NCBI GenBank assembly: GCA_902515455.1
Contig: CABXUO010000003.1
Span: 1-59,777 of the forward strand
Direction of reading: 5' to 3'
Origin: an uncultured SAR86 cluster bacterium
GTDB taxonomy: Bacteria > Pseudomonadota > Gammaproteobacteria > Magnimaribacterales > D2472
Length of the DNA stretch: 59,777 nt
Below the pieces are notes generated by a model that saw only the letters and a program-made list of their open reading frames with translations, had not been told where the DNA came from and ran no database searches. This document shows positions 1-10,407 of the stretch, piece after piece. Made by a program: the position numbers and the translations under genes. Every line of letters starts with the position of its first letter. The stretch's first letter is position 1.

Positions 1-1
1 A

Positions 2-802
2 AATATTTTTAGTACCTTATGCTTATTTTTAGTAGTGTTGATTTTTTCTCAATCAGCTAACACTGCAAATCTAAGAGATGCACTGCTTGAGGCGATTAAT
101 GATCCAAATAGAAATCCTTCTTACGTCAAGAGAGATAAGTATAGAAATCCTTACGAAACTCTTTCTTTTTTTCAAATTAATCCGTCTATGAATGTTTTGG
201 AGCTTTCTGCTGGAGGAGGATGGTATACCGAGATTTTGGCACCGTATTTAAATGCAAATGGTCAATTGTCTGTCACTCATCATAATCCAGATGCAGGCAA
301 TTACTATTTGCGTTCAAGGACTGCCTTTGATGAAAAAGTTAAATCAAATCCACTGTTTAAGGGTGTTAGAGTTATTACTTCTGATGTGCCTCCATCAAAT
401 GCTTTTACAGAGCCTGAGACTCAGGATCTTGTAGTTACATTCAGAAACCTTCATAACTGGTTAGGGCGCGATTCAATGCAAGCAGTTATGCTGGAAGCAT
501 ACAATTCTCTTAAGCCAGGAGGTTACTTTGGAGTTGTTGAACACAGAGCTTCTGAAGGATCGTCTATGGAATATATGAAAAAAAGTGGCTATGTGACTCA
601 GTCTTTAGCAATTGAAAAAGCTTTAGAGGTTGGATTTGTATTGGTAGGAACATCTGAGATAAACGCAAATCCAAACGATACAGCTGATCATCCGAAAGGA
701 GTATGGACGCTACCACCATCTTACCGATTGAAGGACAAAGATCGAGCTAAATATGAGTCAATTGGTGAATCAGATAGGATGACATTGCTCTTTAAAAAAT
801 AG
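2..802 (+). CDS. Secreted class I SAM-dependent methyltransferase; the 5' end probably lies outside the window
   Basis: The frame is open back to the window edge. The upstream residues (..LCLFLVVLIFSQSA) look like a signal-peptide h-region, so the GTG at 35 in the ORF track is probably not the true start. LELSAGGGWYTEILAP resembles a SAM-binding motif I. Confidence 0.7.
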   Translation, partial: NIFSTLCLFLVVLIFSQSANTANLRDALLEAINDPNRNPSYVKRDKYRNPYETLSFFQINPSMNVLELSAGGGWYTEILAPYLNANGQLSVTHHNPDAGNYYLRSRTAFDEKVKSNPLFKGVRVITSDVPPSNAFTEPETQDLVVTFRNLHNWLGRDSMQAVMLEAYNSLKPGGYFGVVEHRASEGSSMEYMKKSGYVTQSLAIEKALEVGFVLVGTSEINANPNDTADHPKGVWTLPPSYRLKDKDRAKYESIGESDRMTLLFKK

Positions 803-861
803 TATTTTATGCAATTAAAATATGTGTTTTTTTAGACTAACGAAAAGGTAATTTCTTCTCC

Positions 862-890
862 TTGACAATACCTTTAATAAAGAGATAATT
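862..890 (+). promoter_or_regulatory. Candidate sigma70 promoter for the TonB-dependent receptor gene
   Basis: TTGACA at 862..867, a 16-17 nt spacer, then GATAAT/ATAATT at 884..890, about 35 nt upstream of the ATG at 926. Confidence 0.45.
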
Positions 891-925
891 TCGTTTTATT
901 CATCTATTACTTCGGGGAAATTATA

Positions 926-3900
926 ATGAAATTATTTAAGCTATCCATGCTGATGCTTCCTTTTTTTGTGCTTGCAGATAACCCTATCTCGCCAGCAGAC
1001 ATAGATACAAAAGAGTCAGAAACAACCGAGGTAATCTCCCTTGAGAAAAAAGATACATCAGTGCAAATGTCAGGTTTTGACACATCGACTACATATACGT
1101 CCGATGAGGATGGGGTTGAAGAAGTTGTTGTAACTGGAATCAGAAGAAGCCTTGAGACCGCAATCGGAATTAAAAGAAACAATGTTGGTATTGTTGATGC
1201 AATTACAGCAGAAGATTTTGGTAAGTTTCCAGATGGAAATTTAGCAGAATCTTTGGCTAGAGTTGTTGGTATAGGTATTGATCGAAGCAATGTAGAGGGA
1301 GAGAGGGTAGCTGTTCGAGGTTTTGGCCCTGAATTAAATTTAGTTACTTTGAATGGAAGGCAAATGCCAACCGTGCCAGGTCAATGGGGTGGAGGTAGAT
1401 CATTTAATTTTGGTGATATCTCTTCCTATGGTGTATCAGCTGTCGAAGTTTATAAATCAACCAACAGCAGCTTGCCGTCGGGTGGAATTGGATCAACTAT
1501 CAACATGGTAACTACAAAGCCGCTTGCTATTCCGGGCGACCTTACATCCTTTAGTGTTGATATGCTTAAAGATACTTCAAGCAAAGAGGGTAAAAATCCT
1601 CTTGAAGCCGCTTTCGTTCATAGCTCAAATAAAGGTAAGTGGGGTTATGCAGTCTCTGGATCATTCCAAGATCGAAATAACAGAGAGACAGGTACTAGAG
1701 AATCGAATTGGATTACCGTAGAAGATTTAGCCTTAATTGAAGGCTACTCGAGAGTTGATAAAAATGCTGCGGGTATTACAAATAATAATAAAAGAGCTGA
1801 TGGTAAAACTTTCTATCAAGAGCCTTCAGCTTATCAATTCAAGGATAATGACCGTCTAAGAATTAATGGCCAAGTTACTATTCAATATGAATTTAACGAA
1901 AACATAGTAGCAACAGCTGATTATACATATTCTAAAGTTGAATTTAGTTCAAATGGCCAGATGTTTGGTTCGTGGTTAGGTGGCTGGGGAACTCAGCAAG
2001 CAACTATCAATTCTAATGGGGTTTACACAGATTTAGTTGTTGGTGACAGAGGATATGATCATCAATTAATCTGGGGTGACACAGAAAATTTAAATGAATC
2101 TATGGGATTTAACTTAGAATGGAATTATTCTGATTCCTTAAAATTTGAATTAGATTACCATGATTCATCTGCTGAAAAAGAGGGTTCCGAAATCCCAAAT
2201 GAGATGGGTTTTGCGACTCCTGCAAACGCAACAATCACTCACACCAATGGCGGTTCCAACGGAGTAAACTCGTTTGTATATGACAGAGAATTTACATCAT
2301 CTGATTTTGTGCACACAGGTTTGTTTTACAGGGATGCAGATAAACAGAATGAAATGACTCAATTTCAGTTTAATGGAGAGTGGATAAATTTAGATGGCGG
2401 ATACTTAAAATCAATTGAATTTGGAGTCTCATCTATTGAATCTGAATTTAGAGATGTTCGTTCTGAATTAGTAACATCATTAAATCCTCCAGTTTCAGCA
2501 TCTTCTAGTATATTTACAAGGAGATCTCTAAAAGGATTCTTTGATAATTATGATGCAGGAAATGGATATTATTTTGAAATTGATCCAAAAGCTGCTAAAG
2601 CTAACTGGCAAGTTGGAGTCGGACTATTTAACGCAGGACCAGTAGACACTAATGATAGAGTTGAGGAAACAATAGACTCAATGTTTATTCAAGCAAACAT
2701 GGAGTTTACAGTAGATGATAAACCACTAAATGTTGTCGTAGGTGTAAGGTATGAAGAAGCAGAGGTTCTCTCAACTGGACTCGAATCTACACCAACTAAT
2801 ATTAGATGGGACATGATCAATGGACTTGAGTATTTAACTGGGGGCCCAGTGGATGCACCCAAGTCTGGGAGCAATGATTTAGTTCTCCCTCAAGTCTCAA
2901 TGGCATATTCTCTTGATGATGAGAAAGTACTAAGATTTTCTGCGGGACAATCAATGGCAAGACCTAGTCTTCAGGACATGCGATCTTCATTGTTATTCGG
3001 CAATAGAGACTACTTTACTCCAACTGCTTCTGGAGGTAATCCAAGCCTAGAGCCTCTTAAATCAACTAACTATGATCTTGCTTTTGAATGGTACTACGAT
3101 GAGGGTAGTTATTTCGCAGTAAATTATTTCTTTAAAGAAATTGAAGATTTTATTGAAAGTCAAATTACAACTGGAGAGCTATACGGTTTAAGAAATCCAG
3201 CGTATGGAGCTATCGGTCAGTATGCACAAAATTGTGTAAATGCATGGGATCAAGCTGGAAGACCTGACACAGGATTTCCTGGAGAATGGGGATCAAAACA
3301 TTGCGTTTCTCAACAGGCTTTATGGTCACAAAGTTGGATGAATACACAACAGCATATGGGCTGGGTGGCGGTAGCAATGTCCAGAGGCATTGATGTGTCT
3401 GCAGGTTTTCCTTTCGGTGCATGTGATTATGGTGGATGGTGGAGATGTGAGCCTGGTTATATAGATGCAACTGCAAGCGATCCAATAGCAGCCTTTGAAA
3501 TAACTAGACCTGCAAACATTGCCACTGGTGAAGTGGATGGCTTTGAAGTGGTGCTGCAACACTTATTTGGTGATACAGGATATGGAGTTCAATTGAATGC
3601 CACATTTGTTGAAGGTGGCGATGTTGATATTGACAGAAACGCAATAGGTAGACAATTCATTCTTCCTGGTCTTGGCGACTCTTCTAATGCTTCTGTATTC
3701 TATGAGGATGAAAAGATCACTGCAAGAATAGCATTGAATACTAGAGGAGAAACCGTTGCTGGTTTTGGAAACTACGATCAACCGCTATATGTAATGGAGC
3801 GAAATCAGATTGATGCTTCTTTTGCATATAGACTAAATGAGCAAGCATCTGTTTTTGTTGAGGGTCAAAATCTTAATGATGAGGATACAAGATTATATGC

Positions 3901-3976
3901 TAGATATTCTGAAATGCTATTCTTAGCCCAAGACCATGGTCCAGTCTATCGCTTAGGTTTTAGATACAAGTTCTAA
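926..3976 (+). CDS. TonB-dependent outer-membrane receptor
   Basis: 1016 aa with a signal peptide, a plug-domain motif (VVVTGIRRSLE..VDAITAEDFGKFPD) and a C-terminal beta-barrel ending in ..RLGFRYKF. Confidence 0.9.
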   Translation: MKLFKLSMLMLPFFVLADNPISPADIDTKESETTEVISLEKKDTSVQMSGFDTSTTYTSDEDGVEEVVVTGIRRSLETAIGIKRNNVGIVDAITAEDFGKFPDGNLAESLARVVGIGIDRSNVEGERVAVRGFGPELNLVTLNGRQMPTVPGQWGGGRSFNFGDISSYGVSAVEVYKSTNSSLPSGGIGSTINMVTTKPLAIPGDLTSFSVDMLKDTSSKEGKNPLEAAFVHSSNKGKWGYAVSGSFQDRNNRETGTRESNWITVEDLALIEGYSRVDKNAAGITNNNKRADGKTFYQEPSAYQFKDNDRLRINGQVTIQYEFNENIVATADYTYSKVEFSSNGQMFGSWLGGWGTQQATINSNGVYTDLVVGDRGYDHQLIWGDTENLNESMGFNLEWNYSDSLKFELDYHDSSAEKEGSEIPNEMGFATPANATITHTNGGSNGVNSFVYDREFTSSDFVHTGLFYRDADKQNEMTQFQFNGEWINLDGGYLKSIEFGVSSIESEFRDVRSELVTSLNPPVSASSSIFTRRSLKGFFDNYDAGNGYYFEIDPKAAKANWQVGVGLFNAGPVDTNDRVEETIDSMFIQANMEFTVDDKPLNVVVGVRYEEAEVLSTGLESTPTNIRWDMINGLEYLTGGPVDAPKSGSNDLVLPQVSMAYSLDDEKVLRFSAGQSMARPSLQDMRSSLLFGNRDYFTPTASGGNPSLEPLKSTNYDLAFEWYYDEGSYFAVNYFFKEIEDFIESQITTGELYGLRNPAYGAIGQYAQNCVNAWDQAGRPDTGFPGEWGSKHCVSQQALWSQSWMNTQQHMGWVAVAMSRGIDVSAGFPFGACDYGGWWRCEPGYIDATASDPIAAFEITRPANIATGEVDGFEVVLQHLFGDTGYGVQLNATFVEGGDVDIDRNAIGRQFILPGLGDSSNASVFYEDEKITARIALNTRGETVAGFGNYDQPLYVMERNQIDASFAYRLNEQASVFVEGQNLNDEDTRLYARYSEMLFLAQDHGPVYRLGFRYKF

Positions 3977-3992
3977 CAAAACTTGAACCTAT

Positions 3993-4022
3993 AAAAAAAG
4001 AGGGCAGTGGCCCTCTTTTTTT
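3993..4022. terminator. Bidirectional intrinsic terminator between convergent genes
   Basis: A-run, GAGGGC stem (4000..4005), AGTG loop, GCCCTC stem (4010..4015), then a T-run. Confidence 0.75.
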
Positions 4023-4036
4023 GAGTTGAAATAAAT

Positions 4037-4384
4037 TTATTTAGAAAAATTTTTCCAACCTCGAAATCCGCTTTCTAAGTTTTTTACATTTTTGAAACCT
4101 AATTCTTGGAGGGTTGCTCCAGCAAGCGCTGCTCTGCTCCCCCCTCCACAGAATACTACTATTGGCATGTCTGCCTTCATGGATCCATCATTAGGGCTTA
4201 ACTTCATTTCGATTAGTCCCCTTGGAATATTAACGGCTCCATCGATGCTACCTGTTTCTTCAATTTCAGAAGATTCCCTTACATCAATAAGCATTAAAGC
4301 TGAATTGTTATCTGCTAATTCCTCACATTTAATTTTAGGCACCACCATGTGAGCTTCATTAATAAGATCGGCAAGAGACTTCAT
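4037..4384 (-). CDS. Rhodanese-domain sulfurtransferase
   Basis: 115 aa with an active-site loop VVFCGGGSRA typical of single-domain rhodaneses. Confidence 0.8.
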   Translation of the reverse strand: MKSLADLINEAHMVVPKIKCEELADNNSALMLIDVRESSEIEETGSIDGAVNIPRGLIEMKLSPNDGSMKADMPIVVFCGGGSRAALAGATLQELGFKNVKNLESGFRGWKNFSK

Positions 4385-4539
4385 TCACATATTATCTAAC
4401 ATTATATGTCTATATGAAATATGCCCTCGTTTTTTGATATGTTGTCAGTGTAAACATTACATGCTAAAGTATGTGTATAAATTAAACATATATAGATTAT
4501 TCATATATCTCAATCTATATAACATTAAGGATTAATATA

Positions 4540-4809
4540 ATGAAAAAATTACTTCTCGTTGCAGCCATTGTTTTACCACTTTCTGTGTCGGCTGAAATTG
4601 CAGTGCAAGATGGTTATGCAATTCAAGGCAAAATATTTTCAGTAAAGACAGCCAAGAAATATTCATCTGTAGAGGGATGCTCTAAATACGCTCTCTCAAA
4701 AACCAAAGTTCAAGGCTTTACTTTTAATAAGTCATCGCAAAAGTGTACATTATTTAAAAAAGTAAGAAATCTTAAGCCAGACTCAAATTCCGTATCTGGA
4801 ACAAAATAA
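4540..4809 (+). CDS. Small secreted protein with a PAN/Apple-like cysteine pattern
   Basis: 89 aa with a signal peptide (LPLSVSAE) and a C..QGFTF..(x)..C.LF pattern. The function is not established. Confidence 0.5.
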   Translation: MKKLLLVAAIVLPLSVSAEIAVQDGYAIQGKIFSVKTAKKYSSVEGCSKYALSKTKVQGFTFNKSSQKCTLFKKVRNLKPDSNSVSGTK

Positions 4810-4826
4810 AGTATGTAGATCTATTT

Positions 4827-4853
4827 AAGGGAGCTTTAAGCTCCCTTTTTTTT
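4827..4853 (+). terminator. Intrinsic terminator
   Basis: GGGAGC (4829..4834), TTTAA loop, GCTCCC (4840..4845), followed by eight T. Confidence 0.75.
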
Positions 4854-4906
4854 GTTTTTATGTCTGAATATATGTAAGATTTACATCTTTTTTAAAACAT
4901 ATTTTA

Positions 4907-6109
4907 ATGAACAACACACAATTATCTAATATTCTTATTTGCATTACAGGAAGCATAGCTGCATATAAATCTGCAGATTTAGCAAGATTGTTTAAAAAGA
5001 GTGGGTATAACGTCAGAATTTTAATGACAGATTCCGCATGTGAATTTATTACACCTTTAACTATGCAGGCAATAAGCGGCAATAGCGTTCATCGAAATCT
5101 CCTTGACGAAAATGCTGAACAAGCTATGGGACATATTGAGCTTGCTAAATGGGCTGATACAATTTTAATTGCTCCATGCAGCGCAGAGACAATATCAAGG
5201 CTGTCCTCTGGAGGAGCTAATGATCTGTTAGGAGCCGTAATTTTAGCCACTAAAGCTCCAATTTACATTGCTCCAGCTATGAATATGAATATGTGGTCAA
5301 ATAAAGCAACTCAAAATAATGTTGAAACTTTGCAGTCTAGGGCAATAATATTTATTGGTCCCGCAAAAGGTGAGCAAGCTTGCGGAGACAATGGCTACGG
5401 AAGAATGTCAGAGCCTGAAGAAATTTATGAGACTATCCAAATGTTGGAAAATAAATTCTTAAGTGGAAAAAAAATTATCGTAACAGCCGGCCCCACAAGA
5501 GAACAAATTGATCCTGTAAGATTTATTTCAAATAATAGTTCTGGAAAGATGGGTTTCGCTCTTGCTGAAGCAGCATCTAAATCAGGCGCTGATGTTACTT
5601 TAATAGCAGGCCCAGTATCTTTAGAATGTTCAGATAAAATTTTAAGGATTGATGTAAAAACTGCTGCTGAGATGTATGCAGAATCAAAAAAATTTATTGC
5701 GGATACTGATATTTTTATTGGCTGTGCTGCCGTTGCGGACTATAGTCCAATAATCCAAAATCAAAATAAAATTAAGAAATCATCTTCAAAGGACTTACAA
5801 ATTTCACTAAAGAAAAATATTGATGTTATTGCATCTCTATCTAAAGAATTTCCGAAAAAAAAATTTATGGGTTTTTGTGCTGAAACAGAGAATGTTGAGG
5901 AGCATGCAAAGATTAAACTTGTTGAAAAAGGCTTAGACTTCATTGTTGCTAATGATGTTTCAAAACAAGATATTGGGTTTGATTCTGATTTTAATGAAAT
6001 CAGTGTTTTTACAAAAGAATCTCGTACTCATCTACAAAAGGCATCAAAAAATCTTTTAGCAATTCAATTAATAAATATGCTGAATAAAGATAATCAATCC
6101 ATTCATTAA
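4907..6109 (+). CDS. coaBC: Bifunctional phosphopantothenoylcysteine decarboxylase / phosphopantothenate-cysteine ligase
   Basis: 400 aa. The N-terminal flavoprotein domain has ILICITGSIAAYK and the C-terminal DFP domain has GPTREQIDPVRFISNNSSGKMG. Confidence 0.9.
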   Translation: MNNTQLSNILICITGSIAAYKSADLARLFKKSGYNVRILMTDSACEFITPLTMQAISGNSVHRNLLDENAEQAMGHIELAKWADTILIAPCSAETISRLSSGGANDLLGAVILATKAPIYIAPAMNMNMWSNKATQNNVETLQSRAIIFIGPAKGEQACGDNGYGRMSEPEEIYETIQMLENKFLSGKKIIVTAGPTREQIDPVRFISNNSSGKMGFALAEAASKSGADVTLIAGPVSLECSDKILRIDVKTAAEMYAESKKFIADTDIFIGCAAVADYSPIIQNQNKIKKSSSKDLQISLKKNIDVIASLSKEFPKKKFMGFCAETENVEEHAKIKLVEKGLDFIVANDVSKQDIGFDSDFNEISVFTKESRTHLQKASKNLLAIQLINMLNKDNQSIH

Positions 6110-6111
6110 AC

Positions 6112-6927
6112 ATGTCAGCTTATAACTCTCAATCATTGATCACTATAGATACGCTAAACAACTTTAAAGTTAATGGGGAAAAATTTGCTTGTTTAACTGC
6201 ATATGAATCCACTTTAGCAAATGTAATAAGTGGTGCTGGGGTTGAAGTTATATTAGTCGGTGACAGTTTAGGAATGGTTATTCAAGGACACGATAGCACT
6301 CTGCCGGTAACAATGAATGATCTGATTTATCATCTTAAAAATGTTAGTCGAGGAAATATTAATTCTCATTTGATGGCTGACATGCCATTTATGAGCTATT
6401 CAACCAAGGATAAAGCTCTATCTAACGCCGCTTTGCTAATGCAAAATGGTGCACATTCAATTAAATTAGAGGGAGGTCGTTGGATCTGCGATTTAACTAG
6501 TATCTTAGCTGAGCGTGGTATTCCAGTATGTGCCCATATGGGATTAACTCCTCAATCAATTAATCGTATTGGTGGATATTTTGTTCAAGGTCGTGATACA
6601 AATAAAAAAGATGAAATGATCTCTGAAGCTAAAGAACTTGAATCTGCAGGAGCTTCTATTTTATTGCTCGAATGTGTGCCAGATAATTTAGCGGCAGAAA
6701 TTACACAATCACTATCTATTCCAGTTATTGGAATAGGCGCAGGCGCATCAACCGATGCGCAGGTTATGGTAATTCATGATTTGCTTGGTATTTCTTGCCT
6801 AGAGAAGCCACCAAAATTTGTCAAAAATTTTCTTGCTGAAAATGATTCTGTGCAAAGTGCAATAGCTGCATATGTTAATGAAGTTAAATCACAAAAATTT
6901 CCAGCAAAAGAGCATACCTTCAATTAA
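6112..6927 (+). CDS. panB: 3-methyl-2-oxobutanoate hydroxymethyltransferase
   Basis: 271 aa with CLTAYE..ILVGDSLGMVIQGHDSTLPVT typical of PanB, in a pan operon context. Confidence 0.9.
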   Translation: MSAYNSQSLITIDTLNNFKVNGEKFACLTAYESTLANVISGAGVEVILVGDSLGMVIQGHDSTLPVTMNDLIYHLKNVSRGNINSHLMADMPFMSYSTKDKALSNAALLMQNGAHSIKLEGGRWICDLTSILAERGIPVCAHMGLTPQSINRIGGYFVQGRDTNKKDEMISEAKELESAGASILLLECVPDNLAAEITQSLSIPVIGIGAGASTDAQVMVIHDLLGISCLEKPPKFVKNFLAENDSVQSAIAAYVNEVKSQKFPAKEHTFN

Positions 6928-6929
6928 AT

Positions 6930-7745
6930 TTGCAAATTATTCGTTCAGTCAAGGATTTAGATAAATTTCTTCAGCAATATGAAGGCATTAATTTTGTACC
7001 AACGATGGGCAACCTCCATGCTGGTCATCTGAGCCTTGTATCAGAGGCAAAAAAATATGATGGGATTACTCTTGTATCTATATTTGTTAACCCTCTTCAA
7101 TTTGCGCCAAGTGAAGATCTGGATATCTATCCCAGAACAGAAAAACAAGATTTAAAAGAATTAGAAAAAATAAATTGCGATATAGTTTTTTGTCCAGAGC
7201 CTAATTTTGCCAAGGGCGCCAAAAAATTAAATGCAAATGCAGACCTATCTAAAAAATTATGCGGAATTTCAAGACCACATTTCTTTCATGGCGTTATTTC
7301 AATCTTGAATCACTTTTTTCAATTAATAAAACCAAAAAATGTTTTTTTTGGACTGAAAGATTATCAGCAATATTTGATTGTAAAAGATTTTTTAACTCAA
7401 TCAACATTAAAAACTAATATTCATGGAGTCCCAATTGTTAGGGAGCCAGATGGACTTGCTATGTCCTCAAGAAACAATTTATTAACACCCGATCAAAGAC
7501 TGATTGCAGCAAAATTATCGGTAATTTTAAAAGATACAGCTCATCAAGCAAAGATTAAAAATTTTGAATATTTAAGAGTTGAAGGTATAAAAAACTTAGA
7601 AGAGTTAAATTTTAAAGTTGATTATTTTTCATTTTGCAATTCAAGCACATTAGAAGAAATAGATCAATTTGAGGCAAATACTCTATTGGCTATTGCTGTA
7701 AACCTTGGAGGAGTAAGGCTTATAGACAATTTTCTTATTCAATAA
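6930..7745 (+). CDS. panC: Pantoate-beta-alanine ligase
   Basis: 271 aa with a VPTMGNLHAGHLSLV nucleotide-binding motif. It uses a TTG start 2 nt after the panB stop. Confidence 0.9.
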   Translation: MQIIRSVKDLDKFLQQYEGINFVPTMGNLHAGHLSLVSEAKKYDGITLVSIFVNPLQFAPSEDLDIYPRTEKQDLKELEKINCDIVFCPEPNFAKGAKKLNANADLSKKLCGISRPHFFHGVISILNHFFQLIKPKNVFFGLKDYQQYLIVKDFLTQSTLKTNIHGVPIVREPDGLAMSSRNNLLTPDQRLIAAKLSVILKDTAHQAKIKNFEYLRVEGIKNLEELNFKVDYFSFCNSSTLEEIDQFEANTLLAIAVNLGGVRLIDNFLIQ

Positions 7746-7785
7746 TCTTGGATTTTAGGCATTTTTCTTGCATACTGCTCAACCT

Positions 7786-8175
7786 ATGGAAAGAGTATTA
7801 CTACATTCAAAGCTCCATCGTTTAAACGTAACTCAGGTTGAGATTGATTACGAGGGCTCGTGTGCTCTGGATACAAATTTTATTCATGCAGCAAATATGA
7901 CTGAATATGAAAAAGTTGAGATATATAACGTCACTAATGGAGAGCGTTTTTCAACCTATCTAATAGCTGCAGAGGCTGGTTCAAAAACTGTTTCTATCAA
8001 TGGTGCTGCTGCTCATAAAGCATCTCCTGAGGATATTATAATTATTTGTTCATATGTATCGATGCACGAGGATCAAATTCTTAACCACAAGCCAACCCTT
8101 GTTTATTTTGATGAAACAAATGAAATTGTAGACATTAAGTCTTCAATTCCTACTCAAAGAATTAGATCTCTATAA
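7786..8175 (+). CDS. panD: Aspartate 1-decarboxylase proenzyme
   Basis: MERVLLHSKLHRLNVT.. and the self-processing motif YEGSC. I prefer the ATG at 7786 over the TTG at 7768 given in the ORF track. Confidence 0.88.
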   Translation: MERVLLHSKLHRLNVTQVEIDYEGSCALDTNFIHAANMTEYEKVEIYNVTNGERFSTYLIAAEAGSKTVSINGAAAHKASPEDIIIICSYVSMHEDQILNHKPTLVYFDETNEIVDIKSSIPTQRIRSL

Positions 8176-8201
8176 TATTCACCAGCGATGGTGAACTTTC
8201 A

Positions 8202-9200
8202 ATGTTTATGAAAAACTTTATTACTACTCAAAATTGGTCTAGATCAGAACTCCAAGACATCATTAATTTTGCAATTGAATTAAAAAATAAACCATTTCAG
8301 CCTTTGTTGGAAAACAAATCAGTTGCGATGCTATTTTTTAATCCGTCTTTGAGAACTAAAACTAGTTTTGAGGTTGGTATCAGTGAATTATCCGGTACCG
8401 CAGTGATATTGCAGCCAGGCAAAGACGCATGGCCAATTGAATTTGAAGAAAATATTGTTATGGATGGAGAAGCTGAAGAACACGTAAAAGAGGTTGCTCA
8501 GGTTTTATCCTCCTATTGTGATTGCATTGCCATCAGAGCTTTTCCAAACTTTATTGATTGGGATCAAGAAAGAACTGATTCTATTATTAACAGTTTTGCA
8601 AAATACTCCTCTGTTCCAGTGGTGAATATGGAGACTATAGAACATCCTTGCCAAGAGCTTGCCCATATCTTAACCATGCAAGAGCATTATGGTAATTTAC
8701 AAGGTAAAAATTATCTGCTGACTTGGACATACCATCCAAAGCCGCTAAACACAGCAGTAGCTAACTCGAGTCTACTTATAGCTAGTAAATTTGGGATGAA
8801 TGTAAAATTATTATGTCCTTCTGATGATTATCTTCTTGATAATAGGTATATCAACGCCGCGAAAGAGAATTGTTTACTAGAAAATACAGATTTTGAAATA
8901 TCCCATGATATTGAAAGCGCTTACTCTGACGTAGACATTGTTTATGCGAAAAGCTGGGGTCCTCTAAGTAATTATGGTAAGCCTGATGAGCAGGCAGCCT
9001 TGAACAGTAAATACAAACACTTTATTGTTGATGAATCGAAGATGAGTCTTACTAATAAGGCTGTATTTAGTCATTGTTTGCCATTAAGAAGGAATGTTAA
9101 GGCAACTGATGAAGTTATGGATGCAGATTATTGTTTAGCAGTTCATGAAGCTGCAAATAGAAAACATGTTCAAAAATCAATGTTAACAAGAATTTTATAG
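8202..9200 (+). CDS. argF: N-acetylornithine carbamoyltransferase-type transcarbamylase (argF')
   Basis: 332 aa with SLRTKTSFE, and WPIEFEE..MDGEAEEH resembling the Xanthomonas/Bacteroidetes acyl-ornithine transcarbamylase family. It sits at the head of the arg cluster. Confidence 0.8.
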   Translation: MFMKNFITTQNWSRSELQDIINFAIELKNKPFQPLLENKSVAMLFFNPSLRTKTSFEVGISELSGTAVILQPGKDAWPIEFEENIVMDGEAEEHVKEVAQVLSSYCDCIAIRAFPNFIDWDQERTDSIINSFAKYSSVPVVNMETIEHPCQELAHILTMQEHYGNLQGKNYLLTWTYHPKPLNTAVANSSLLIASKFGMNVKLLCPSDDYLLDNRYINAAKENCLLENTDFEISHDIESAYSDVDIVYAKSWGPLSNYGKPDEQAALNSKYKHFIVDESKMSLTNKAVFSHCLPLRRNVKATDEVMDADYCLAVHEAANRKHVQKSMLTRIL

Positions 9201-9210
9201 GTATTAAATA

Positions 9211-10407
9211 ATGAGTAAAAAAGTAGTATTGGCGTTTTCAGGAGGCTTGGATACAAGTTTTTGTATACCTTATTTGATTGATCAAGGGTATGAAGTACAT
9301 ACATTATTTGTAAATACTGGGGGAATATCCAAAAAAGAAGAGCGTGCTATTACAAAAAGAGCTAATGAGCTGGGCGCAAAAAAACATATTAATATTAATG
9401 TTGAAAAAAGTTTATGGTCTGAAATTTTAGTTCCATTGATTCAATCTGGAGCTTTATACCAAAATAAATACCCAGCATTGTGTTCTGATAGATATTTAAT
9501 TGTGAAAGAGTCAATCAAATTAAGTAAAAAACTTAACACAAATAATATCGCTCATGGCTGCACAGGCATGGGAAATGATCAAATAAGATTTGATTTATCA
9601 ATTAGAGCTCATGGTAAGTTCAATATTATTACTCCAATTCGAGAGATACAGAACATAACTAAAAACGTTAGAGCATACGAAGAAGATTATCTTAAAGATA
9701 AGGGCTTTAAAGTTTCCTCTTTGCATAAAAAATACAGTATCAATGAAAATTTAATGGGAGCAACTATCTCCGGAAGTGAAATTGATGAGTGGAAAGAGCC
9801 ATCGAGTGAGAGTTTTGTGCTTTGTAAGTTACCTCATCAATATCCTAAAAAATCAAAAACCTTGAAAATAAAATTTTTAAAAGGAAAAGTTATCTCAATA
9901 AATAACAAGAAAATGCAGGGAGCTGATTTTCTTAGAACATTGAATAATTTAGGGGGAACTTTTGGCATCGGACGATCAGTCTTTTCAAGTGATACTATCA
10001 TCGGTCTCAAGGGGAGATTTGTGTTCGAAGCTCCTGGGATCACAATTTTAATGTCTGCTCATCGAGCATTAGAAGAAGCAGTTTTAACTGATAAGCAAAA
10101 TCTCGTAAAAACACAAATTGGACAAGAGTGGGTCAATCTTGTTTATAGAGGTTTTTACTTTGAGCCTTTACGTGAAAATCTTGAAGCATTTTTACTTGAC
10201 TCTCAGAAAATGGTTTCAGGAGAAGTAACCTTAAAACTTTCCCCAGGAAGTGTAGATGCAGTTGCTGTCTCATCAAAAAACATCTTAAAAAGTCCTGAGG
10301 GAGAATATGCTCAGTCTGCAACTTGGTCCGAATCTGAATCCAAAGGATTTATTAAATTAATAGGTCAAAGTACATCTACTTGGGCATCGATACATAAGAA
10401 AAAATGA
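9211..10407 (+). CDS. argG: Argininosuccinate synthase
   Basis: 398 aa with the AFSGGLDTS ATP-pyrophosphatase motif. Confidence 0.9.
   Translation: MSKKVVLAFSGGLDTSFCIPYLIDQGYEVHTLFVNTGGISKKEERAITKRANELGAKKHININVEKSLWSEILVPLIQSGALYQNKYPALCSDRYLIVKESIKLSKKLNTNNIAHGCTGMGNDQIRFDLSIRAHGKFNIITPIREIQNITKNVRAYEEDYLKDKGFKVSSLHKKYSINENLMGATISGSEIDEWKEPSSESFVLCKLPHQYPKKSKTLKIKFLKGKVISINNKKMQGADFLRTLNNLGGTFGIGRSVFSSDTIIGLKGRFVFEAPGITILMSAHRALEEAVLTDKQNLVKTQIGQEWVNLVYRGFYFEPLRENLEAFLLDSQKMVSGEVTLKLSPGSVDAVAVSSKNILKSPEGEYAQSATWSESESKGFIKLIGQSTSTWASIHKKK

Noticed and set aside
803-925. Possible riboswitch (for example cobalamin) upstream of the first TonB-dependent receptor
   Set aside because: The region is only about 120 nt, AT-rich and has no recognisable conserved core or stable stems. 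A simple promoter and 5' UTR is sufficient.
907-3781. Several 60-127 aa antisense or alternative-frame ORFs inside the TonB-dependent receptor gene (907..1290, 1524..1721, 2689..2874, 3210..3781)
   Set aside because: All lie within a long, well-supported CDS and have no independent signals. The same applies to the other short embedded ORFs in the track, such as 4092..4352, 17706..17924, 24877..25119, 39775..40047 and 52506..52781.
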